A stretch of DNA of 63,591 nt, counting the filler. It is 4 parts of 4 records of this genome, joined end to end, with 100 filler letters (N's around TTAATTAATTAA, not from the genome) between each part and the next. Parts side by side here need not be neighbours in the genome. Positions count along the whole stretch, not along the records: positions 51,007 to 58,004 come from SRR31156797_3174; positions 58,105 to 63,591 come from SRR31156797_3186; 2 more parts are not named here. One strand, 5' to 3'. Shown here in pieces: positions 56,400 through 63,591 of the stretch (position 1 is its first letter; every line of letters starts with the position of its first letter). Below the pieces are notes generated by a model. It saw only the letters and a list, made by a program, of their open reading frames with translations. It did no database searches and was not told where the DNA came from. The translations under genes were made by a program, and so were the position numbers.

Positions 56400-56942
56400 C
56401 TATTTTACTAATTTAGAAATAGCCCGGAAAGCCGGATCACCTGCTGATCGTGTTAGTTCAAACAAAATCGACTCGTATGACGTCATCATTATGTTTTCCT
56501 GGCGAAAACGTTCTTTTGCCAGTTCCAGATTGTCGGCCGAACGAGATGATACACAATCCATCACTACAATTGGATTGAGACCGGCAGATTTTATATCTAC
56601 TGCTGTTTGCAAAACACATACATGTGATTCTATTCCGCAAATGATAATATTTTTTGCGTTTAAAGCTTCAAGTTTATCTTTTATCTCAGCAGTGTCCCAA
56701 CAGCTAAAATCTTTCTTTTCAAGGTACTCAAAGTCCTGTATCAGCGATCTTACCTCGGGAAGTGTTTCGCCTAAACCTTTGGTGTATTGCTGCGAAACAA
56801 CCAGTGGGACACTCAAGGCTGTTAAGCCTTCAACCAAAATTTGGCAGTTTTTTAACAAGGTTTCCTTTGCATTCATTACCGGAAACAAACGTTCCTGCAT
56901 ATCAATAACTAATCCTACAGTGTTTTCTTTTGTAATTCTCAT
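56400..56942 (-). CDS. Isochorismatase-family hydrolase (YcaC/ISOC-like)
   Basis: VIDMQERL, QYTKGLGET, KKDFSC, GIESHVCVLQT. Confidence 0.92.
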   Translation of the reverse strand: MRITKENTVGLVIDMQERLFPVMNAKETLLKNCQILVEGLTALSVPLVVSQQYTKGLGETLPEVRSLIQDFEYLEKKDFSCWDTAEIKDKLEALNAKNIIICGIESHVCVLQTAVDIKSAGLNPIVVMDCVSSRSADNLELAKERFRQENIMMTSYESILFELTRSAGDPAFRAISKLVK

Positions 56943-57065
56943 GTTATTCTTTTGATAATATTTTCCAATTTCTGTTCCGGGCGATCAGTTTTTTGAGGCA
57001 AACTAAAAATGGCTAAATGTTGTTTGAGCCTCTTATGTTTTTAATCTTACAGGAACGGAAAAGAT

Positions 57066-57677
57066 CTATTTCTCTTCTTTGGCCTGTAAACGCGATTTGC
57101 TGCCTAAATACCCTCCGTGGTGGCGTTTGGCATATTCTTCGTTGGTAAAGTTTATTTTATTCATCATACAAACCACCAAAGCATCTCCAATAACGGTCAT
57201 TACGGTTGTTGAAGTGGTTGGTGAAAGACCTAACGGGCAAACCTCTTGCGGATTTCCTGTGTGAATAAAAGCATCGGCGTTTTTTGCAAGAATACCATCC
57301 GGATTGCTTGAAATAACAATGAGCGGAAGTCCGGCATAAAGGTTCTCAGCCAGTTCAACCAATTCAATAATTTCACGTGTTTTACCTGAATTGGAGATAA
57401 CCAGTAAAACATCATTCTCTTGCACAATTCCCAGATCGCCGTGTTGCGACTCACTTGGGTGAAGGAAAACAGATGGAGTACCGGTCGAGCTAAAAGTTGT
57501 GGCAATATTTAAGGCAATTTGTCCTGCTTTTCCCATACCACTGGTTACAAGCTTCCCTTTTTTCTGATGTACCCGTTGGTAGATCTCTTCAACAGCCTTT
57601 ACCATTCCGTCGCTTACGGGAATATTACGAATTGCTTGTGCTTCGTGTTCAATAACCTGCTTAATCGTTTCTTTCAT
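57066..57677 (-). CDS. SIS-only arabinose-5-phosphate isomerase (KdsD-like, no CBS pair)
   Basis: SGMGKAG, STGTPSVFLHPSESQHGDLG, SNSGKT, PTTSTT, HHGGYLG. Confidence 0.88.
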   Translation of the reverse strand: MKETIKQVIEHEAQAIRNIPVSDGMVKAVEEIYQRVHQKKGKLVTSGMGKAGQIALNIATTFSSTGTPSVFLHPSESQHGDLGIVQENDVLLVISNSGKTREIIELVELAENLYAGLPLIVISSNPDGILAKNADAFIHTGNPQEVCPLGLSPTTSTTVMTVIGDALVVCMMNKINFTNEEYAKRHHGGYLGSKSRLQAKEEK

Positions 57678-57698
57678 GCGCTATCTGTCTTTAGGGTG

Positions 57699-57706
57699 CA
57701 AATCTA
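57699..57706 (-). promoter_or_regulatory. Bacteroidota -7 promoter element
   Basis: TAGATTTG matches TAnnTTTG, about 21 bp upstream of the SIS gene start. Confidence 0.55.
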
Positions 57707-57977
57707 ATTCAAAAAAATAAAGAGTGTTAAAAGTGCCACACTGTTTTGATCGTTTTTTACAAACAAGTGATTAAAGTTACATTGTAAATGTGTTGTAGGT
57801 CATAAAATTCTTAGAACAAAAAGCAGGGTTTATGGGTTAAATATTCGTTACATTTAAGATAATTTTTCAAGCGCGAAGAATAAAAGCAGAAATGAGACAA
57901 CCTTAAAATTGATGACAGTGATATCCTGTCATAGGTTTGTTTTAAGCTGCAGGTGAAATACAAACAATTTTAGTAAG

Positions 57978-58004
57978 ATGAAAATTCACGAATATCAAGC
58001 CCGA
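57978..58004 (+). CDS. sucC: Succinyl-CoA synthetase beta subunit, first 9 codons
   Basis: MKIHEYQAR matches the conserved M-x-(I/L)-HEYQAK N-terminus. Confidence 0.7.
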
Positions 58005-58104
58005 NNNNNNNNNNNNNNNNNNNNNNNNNNNNNNNNNNNNNNNNNNNNTTAATTAATTAANNNNNNNNNNNNNNNNNNNNNNNNNNNNNNNNNNNNNNNN
58101 NNNN
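58005..58104. other. Artificial contig-joining spacer
   Basis: 44 N + TTAATTAATTAA + 44 N. Confidence 0.98.
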
Positions 58105-58105
58105 A

Positions 58106-59368
58106 GGCAAACCTCATAGTATTGTAAGACATGATGATGTTTCTGATGATGTTTTTAGAGAACTGTGGAAAGAGATAAAAGAAAAAAATATTTGGCAAGG
58201 TGTAATAAAAAATAGGAAAAAAAATGGAAGTTATTATATTGTTGACACAATTGTAAAACCTATATTAGATACAAATGGAAATATAAAAGAGTTTATTGCT
58301 TTAAGAAACGATATTACTGATCTAGAAGAATCAAAAGAGTACTTTAGAAATCAAAGTAAAAAAAGCAATGAGACCTTAAAAGACAGTATTAGAAATGAAA
58401 AGATCTATAAAAATGCAGTGGATAAAAGTAATATTATTTTACGAATGACAAAAGATTTAACAATCATTTATGTCAATAATGCATTTTGTAAAATTAGTGG
58501 ATATTCAAGAAAAGAACTAATAGGTTTTCCTTATTCCAAAATAAGAGATAAAAAAGAGAATATAGAAGAGTATAAGCGTAAAAATAAAAAAGTAATTGAA
58601 GAACTGGAAAAAGGCAAAATTTGCACAGGAAAGATTTCCAATACTGCAAAAGATGGCTCAACTTATTATTGTACATATACACTTTTCCCTATTGAAGATT
58701 TAGAAGGAAATATAATTGAATATATGAGTGTAAGACATGATATTACAGAAATTGTAGAACTTCACAGGGAATTAGAAGAGACTCAAAGAGAAGTTATTTA
58801 TAAGTTGGGTGAAATAGGAGAAACTAGAAGTAAAGAAACTGGTAATCATGTAAAAAGAGTAGCCGAATATTCTAAAATACTTGCAGAAAAAATTGGCTTG
58901 CCAAAAGAAGATGTAAATATTTTATTTGCTGCTTCACCTATGCATGATATTGGTAAAGTTGGTATACCTGATTCTATTTTAAATAAACCTGGGAAATTAA
59001 CACCTGAGGAGTGGGATTTTATGCAAATGCATTCTGAAATAGGTTACAATATTTTAAATTCGTCAAATAGACCAATATTAAAAGCAGCAGCACTAATCTG
59101 TCATACTCATCATGAAAAATGGAATGGAAAAGGGTATCCAAATGGATTAAAAGGTGAAGAGATACATATTTTTGGAAGAATTACTGCTGTTGCTGATGTT
59201 TTCGATGCATTAGGAAGTGACAGGTGTTACAAAAAAGCGTGGCCCCTTGAAGATATACTGAAGTTATTGAAAAATCAAAAGGGCAAACATTTTGACCCAA
59301 AACTTATTGATGTCTTTATGGAAAACTTAGATGCATTTCTAGAAATTCGTGATAAATTTGTTGATTAA
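58106..59368 (+). CDS. PAS-PAS-HD-GYP c-di-GMP phosphodiesterase (5' truncated)
   Basis: Frame open from the contig edge (GKPHSIVRH...IKNRKKNGSYY PAS); HVKRV, MHDIGK, HHEKWNGKGYP, ADVFDAL. Confidence 0.92.
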   Translation, partial: GKPHSIVRHDDVSDDVFRELWKEIKEKNIWQGVIKNRKKNGSYYIVDTIVKPILDTNGNIKEFIALRNDITDLEESKEYFRNQSKKSNETLKDSIRNEKIYKNAVDKSNIILRMTKDLTIIYVNNAFCKISGYSRKELIGFPYSKIRDKKENIEEYKRKNKKVIEELEKGKICTGKISNTAKDGSTYYCTYTLFPIEDLEGNIIEYMSVRHDITEIVELHRELEETQREVIYKLGEIGETRSKETGNHVKRVAEYSKILAEKIGLPKEDVNILFAASPMHDIGKVGIPDSILNKPGKLTPEEWDFMQMHSEIGYNILNSSNRPILKAAALICHTHHEKWNGKGYPNGLKGEEIHIFGRITAVADVFDALGSDRCYKKAWPLEDILKLLKNQKGKHFDPKLIDVFMENLDAFLEIRDKFVD

Positions 59369-59456
59369 AAGTACATATTAAAGAATCAAAGTTGTATAAT
59401 AAATGTTAATATATAAATATTATGTTTATAATAAAAAATAACTTTCAAGAAAGATA

Positions 59457-60740
59457 ATGAATAAGATTGATAAAAAATTGTTAGCAAATACTTCAGTATT
59501 ATATGTAGAAGATGAAGAATTGATTAGAGATGAAATGCATTACTTTCTATGTAAATATCTTAAGAATATATATGTAGCTAAAAATGGTCAAGAAGGATTA
59601 GATTTATTTAATGAGGTTAATCCTGATATTATAATTACTGATTTACAAATGCCTGTAATGAATGGGTTAGAGATGCTAAAACTTATAGATAATAAAAATA
59701 TCCCAGTGATTATAACTACAGCTTTTTCAGATATTGAATATTTTATGCAAGCCATAGAACTAAGAGTTGACAAGTTTATTGTAAAGCCTATAGATTTAGG
59801 AGAAATACTTGAAGGGATTCAAACTTTAGTAAGTAGATCTAATCTAAAACAAAGACTTTTTGAAAATGATAAATTATTGGAGATAATAGATGAAAATGTT
59901 TTGATTTCCATCACAGATACAGAAGGCACGATTATTGATGTTAGTGACGCTTTTTGTGAATATGTTGGCTATACAAAAACTGAACTATTAGGGCAAAACC
60001 ATAGAATAATAAGGCATGAAGATACAAATGACAGCTTTTTCTATGAAATGTGGAAAACAATTAAAAGTGGAAAAACTTTTAAATCAGAGATAAAAAGTAG
60101 AAAAAAATCAAATGAAGAGTGTTGGGCAAATATAACAATAACACCGGTTGTTAAAAATAATGAAATTATAAATTTTATTGCAATAAGACAAGATATAACA
60201 AATAAAAAAAAGCTAGAAAAACTTGCAATTCATGATGATATGACAGGTCTTTACAATAGAAGATATTTGAATAAAATTATTGACAGTGAAATAAGAAGAA
60301 CAAAAAGAGAAAAAACTAGTTTAAGTCTTCTAACAATAGATATTGACAACTTTAAAAAATATAATGATACTTACGGGCACCCTGCAGGAGATGAAGTTTT
60401 AGTAAAAGTTGCAAAGGTTTTAAAAGACAATGCACAAAGGGCAAGTGACTTCTGCTTTAGGATGGGTGGAGAAGAGTTTGGAATACTTTTTAGTGATTTA
60501 GGAATCGAAAAATCAATCACTTTTTCAGAAGAGATTGTAAAAGCAGTAGCTAATCTAAAAATAAAACATGAAGGTAGTGATACAGGGGATTATTTGACAG
60601 TATCCGCTGGATTAATTGTTCAGTCACATGAATACTTAGAGTCATTTAAAGAGTTATACAAACATTCAGATGATGCCTTATATGAGTCCAAACAAAAAGG
60701 GAAAAATCAGATACATTTATCTGATAAATCCCAAGAATAA
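59457..60740 (+). CDS. REC-PAS-GGDEF diguanylate cyclase
   Basis: VEDE/DLQMP/KP receiver; PAS; DIDNFKKYND, I-site RASD, GGEEF. Confidence 0.93.
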   Translation: MNKIDKKLLANTSVLYVEDEELIRDEMHYFLCKYLKNIYVAKNGQEGLDLFNEVNPDIIITDLQMPVMNGLEMLKLIDNKNIPVIITTAFSDIEYFMQAIELRVDKFIVKPIDLGEILEGIQTLVSRSNLKQRLFENDKLLEIIDENVLISITDTEGTIIDVSDAFCEYVGYTKTELLGQNHRIIRHEDTNDSFFYEMWKTIKSGKTFKSEIKSRKKSNEECWANITITPVVKNNEIINFIAIRQDITNKKKLEKLAIHDDMTGLYNRRYLNKIIDSEIRRTKREKTSLSLLTIDIDNFKKYNDTYGHPAGDEVLVKVAKVLKDNAQRASDFCFRMGGEEFGILFSDLGIEKSITFSEEIVKAVANLKIKHEGSDTGDYLTVSAGLIVQSHEYLESFKELYKHSDDALYESKQKGKNQIHLSDKSQE

Positions 60741-60741
60741 G

Positions 60742-61353
60742 TTATTTTATATTCATAAAATTTTTAAGGATTTTTAAACCATTGTCATGAGATTTTTCAG
60801 GATGTGGTTGAAATCCATATATATTATCTTTCTGTACAGCACTTACAAAATCATATCCATATTCTGTTGTTCCTATTACATTTCTTTCGTTTGTAACGGC
60901 ATGGTAAGAGTGAACAAAATACAAATAAGGGTTTTCAAGTCCTTGGAATAAGGTGTGATTATCTTTAGTTTTAATAATATTCCATCCCATATGTGGGATT
61001 TTCGTATCTTCATGCATTCTTGATTTATCAAATTTTACAATTTCACCATCAATTAAACCAAGTCCTTTATGTGTTCCAAACTCTTCAGAGCTTTCAAATA
61101 AAAGTTGCATTCCTAAACATATTCCAATCATAGGTTTTCCACTTTTAGAATATTCAAATATTGCTTCTTTCATACCTGTTTTATTTAAGTGCTCCATTGC
61201 ATCACCAAAAGCACCAACTCCAGGTAAAATTATTCTATCAAAATTTTTTAAATCTTCAGGGTTAGTTACAAATGAGGCTTTTGCATCAAGTAGATGACAA
61301 GCATTATATACACTAGCTAGATTTCCCATATTGTAATCAATAATTCCAATCAC
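60742..61353 (-). CDS. hisH: Imidazole glycerol phosphate synthase glutaminase subunit
   Basis: DYNMGNL, LPGVGAF, GICLGMQ, PHMGWN, YFVHSY, QPHPEKS. Confidence 0.97.
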   Translation of the reverse strand: MIGIIDYNMGNLASVYNACHLLDAKASFVTNPEDLKNFDRIILPGVGAFGDAMEHLNKTGMKEAIFEYSKSGKPMIGICLGMQLLFESSEEFGTHKGLGLIDGEIVKFDKSRMHEDTKIPHMGWNIIKTKDNHTLFQGLENPYLYFVHSYHAVTNERNVIGTTEYGYDFVSAVQKDNIYGFQPHPEKSHDNGLKILKNFMNIK

Positions 61354-61440
61354 ATATATTCCTTTAGTTATTTAGCCAAATGGCTTATTCTTAATAATAT
61401 ACTCACATTATTATAAGTTTTCTAAGAGGTTATTATTATA

Positions 61441-62010
61441 CTAAATCTTAGCATCAGCTAGGGTTAAAGAGAATAAAACTTTATTATTGTTTTTTTCTAG
61501 GCATTTTTTTGCTTCTAAGAGTGTTGTTCCTGTAGTTATCAAGTCATCTACTAAAATGATGTTTTTATTAGATACTTTTGCGATAAAATCTCTTTTATTT
61601 TTTAATCTAAAGTCTAAATCTTTTCCTGCATATTTGACTTTATTTTTTGCTTTTAACATAGAGTATAAAGGTTTTATATAGTTTGATTTTAGATGTTTTG
61701 ACAAAATTGCAGTTTGTGAGAACTGGTGTTTTGTATGTTCATCTATTCCTATGGAATATATTGGTTGATTATAAATAAAGTTTGAAGAGAACTTTTTAAA
61801 AGATAGCTTTGCAAGAATATTATAAATACGGTCTCCATAAAAATAGTATTTTGAATTAATCAACTCTTCTATTTCTGAAAATGAATAAAAAGAGTAGTTG
61901 TAAAAATCTTTTTCAATCTCTCTTTTATAAAAAGAGGGCACTAAAAAACTATTTTGACAATTTTTACAAATAATACTAAAAGATAGATTATCACATAAAG
62001 TACATTTCAT
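61441..62010 (-). CDS. ComF/CtsW-family phosphoribosyltransferase-like competence protein
   Basis: N-terminal CxxC...CxxC; PRT loop LVDDLITTGTT. Confidence 0.9.
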   Translation of the reverse strand: MKCTLCDNLSFSIICKNCQNSFLVPSFYKREIEKDFYNYSFYSFSEIEELINSKYYFYGDRIYNILAKLSFKKFSSNFIYNQPIYSIGIDEHTKHQFSQTAILSKHLKSNYIKPLYSMLKAKNKVKYAGKDLDFRLKNKRDFIAKVSNKNIILVDDLITTGTTLLEAKKCLEKNNNKVLFSLTLADAKI

Positions 62011-62198
62011 AATATTGAAAATTATATCTTTAATTTCATTAGAGTTTCTCTATATGCTTAGAAATTTAGAAAATAGGTGATTTTTAAGAAGAGACTAATC
62101 ATATTTTATTTATGATAATAACTCTTGATATTAGGTATATAAATTATTATAATTTATGTTTTGTACTTTTTGTTTAATTCTTAAAGGTTCTCCTTATT

Positions 62199-63395
62199 AT
62201 GTATGTTTTAAAGCTTTTTTTTGTTTTAATATTTATTTTTAACTATTCTTATTCTTTACAACTTGATTATATAAAATTTCAAAGTTTAGATAAAAATAAT
62301 GCAGAGCTTGGAGTTGAGAAAAAGAAAAAGCATTACGAATATATTTTAAAATATAAATTAGGAAAATATGGCTATGAAGAGGATGAAGAGTTTGATAATA
62401 GTTTTTTTAATCAAGATAATGAAGACAGACATAATTTAATATTCTCAAATAATTTTTATATTGATGATAGTTTATGGTTAGATTTAAATATCGATTATCA
62501 AAACTCATCAACTAGAAATATGAATAACTATGGAGGCTTAGTTTCAGAAAATATAGTAAAAAGCCAACAATCTTTGGTTAAACTATATTTTAAACCAAAC
62601 TCAATAATAACAACAAATCTTAGCTTTGAAAATATTGACAAAGACTCTCTTAATGACATAAATGATGATGGATATGAAAAAACAACATTTAAAGATGAAA
62701 ACAAACTTAGCTTTGATATAAACTTGGATTTTGATTCTATTGATATTTATACAAAGTTTTATTTGATAAATAATAATCTTAACAAGTGGTACAAAGGTAC
62801 AGATTCAGAATATGAGAAAAATACGACAAATCAATATAGAGGTGTTGAATTAACTTTTAGTAAAGAGTTATTTAAAACTTTTTTAATAAATACAACTTTA
62901 TTTAGAGAGATTAGAGATTATGATTATAGATATACAAAAACAAGTTCAAGAGAAAATAAAGAGATAAATCAAGTTTCACAGGGTATTAAAGTCTCAATAG
63001 AAAAGGATTTAACAGAAAACTTAAATCTACTTACAAGCATTAGAGTAAGTGATGACAAGATAATAAATAGCAATCAAAAAAACTTGATTGGTAAAACACC
63101 AAAATATAAAGCAAAAAATCAACTTGATGTAAAGTTAGAACAAAAAATTGATAATATAAAATTATTTGGAAAAATTTCTTATATGTCTAATAGTTATGCA
63201 AATGAAGAAAACACAAAAAAATTGAACTCTTATAAAGTTGGTACAATAGGAACATCTTTTAATACAAAAATATATAAGCAAGATGCTTCAATAGATTTTG
63301 ATATAAAAAGAATATTTAACAAAGAGTATTTTGAATATACCGATACAGAAGGGGATGCTTGGCGTTATTTTGTAAAAATAATTATAAGTTTTTAA
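62199..63395 (+). CDS. Short outer-membrane beta-barrel resembling the C-terminal part of a TonB-dependent receptor
   Basis: Signal peptide, alternating beta-strand pattern, YRGVEL, RIFNKEY, terminal Phe. Confidence 0.65.
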   Translation: MYVLKLFFVLIFIFNYSYSLQLDYIKFQSLDKNNAELGVEKKKKHYEYILKYKLGKYGYEEDEEFDNSFFNQDNEDRHNLIFSNNFYIDDSLWLDLNIDYQNSSTRNMNNYGGLVSENIVKSQQSLVKLYFKPNSIITTNLSFENIDKDSLNDINDDGYEKTTFKDENKLSFDINLDFDSIDIYTKFYLINNNLNKWYKGTDSEYEKNTTNQYRGVELTFSKELFKTFLINTTLFREIRDYDYRYTKTSSRENKEINQVSQGIKVSIEKDLTENLNLLTSIRVSDDKIINSNQKNLIGKTPKYKAKNQLDVKLEQKIDNIKLFGKISYMSNSYANEENTKKLNSYKVGTIGTSFNTKIYKQDASIDFDIKRIFNKEYFEYTDTEGDAWRYFVKIIISF

Positions 63396-63401
63396 TGAAA
63401 T

Positions 63402-63432
63402 GATGTTTATGTACCAAAAGTACATAAACATC
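63402..63432. terminator. Hairpin between convergent barrel gene and lepA (probable terminator)
   Basis: Perfect 13-bp stem GATGTTTATGTAC-caaaa-GTACATAAACATC. Confidence 0.75.
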
Positions 63433-63449
63433 TAGAATTAGCAGTTTAG

Positions 63450-63591
63450 TTAGATTTTTAATACAGCCATAAAAGCTTCTTGAGGAACATTTACTTTCCC
63501 TATAGCTTTCATTCTTTTTTTACCAGCTTTTTGTTTCTCTAATAGTTTTCTTTTTCTTGTGATATCACCACCATAACATTTAGCAGTAACA
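63450..63591 (-). CDS. lepA: Elongation factor 4 (LepA), C-terminal fragment
   Basis: Manual translation [46 protein letters not shown]. Confidence 0.97.
   Translation of the reverse strand, partial: VTAKCYGGDITRKRKLLEKQKAGKKRMKAIGKVNVPQEAFMAVLKI

Noticed and set aside
57066..57677. KdsD lacking CBS domains as a truncated pseudogene
   Set aside because: SIS-only A5P isomerases are known in Bacteroidota, and the motifs and stop codon are intact

Overview
This window is not one chromosome segment. It is four unrelated contigs joined by identical 100-bp artificial spacers (44 N + TTAATTAATTAA + 44 N) at 24004-24103, 50907-51006 and 58005-58104. (1) 1-24003 is a Vibrio core-genome block with V. 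cholerae-like gene order: partial tRNA-Ser, csrA, aspartokinase, alaS, recA, pncC, cysA/W/T/P, cysM, mutS, rpoS, nlpD, pcm, surE, truD, ispF, ispD, ftsB, uppP, folK, folB, plsY, tsaD. It ends in the first ~50 bp of a probable MITE. (2) 24104-50906 is a GC-richer Desulfobacterota-like housekeeping block: ade, manA, ahcY, metK, panC, rsmA, tsaD, aspartokinase, tsaE, pdxJ, ybeY, 7TM-HD hydrolase, phoH, rodA/mrdA/mreD/mreC/mreB, and a divergent rpmH-rnpA-yidD-yidC-jag. (3) 51007-58004 is a Bacteroidota contig with a T9SS-secreted S1 protease, a flavodoxin-ferredoxin membrane protein, an isochorismatase-family hydrolase and an SIS-only A5P isomerase. (4) 58105-63591 is a very AT-rich Arcobacter-like contig with a PAS-HD-GYP / REC-PAS-GGDEF pair, hisH, comF, a short plug-less TonB-receptor-like barrel and the end of lepA. 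I found no CRISPR array, prophage, transposase or defence island, and no clearly new multi-gene system. The best leads are small-scale: a C15 tract between a palindrome and the predicted mutS promoter, an inverted heptamer array filling the panC-metK spacer, a probable MITE 21 bp upstream of tsaD, an mreD frame with no canonical start codon, a lysyl-endopeptidase homologue with a remodelled specificity pocket, and the plug-less barrel. Taxonomic calls come from protein signatures, synteny and base composition only.
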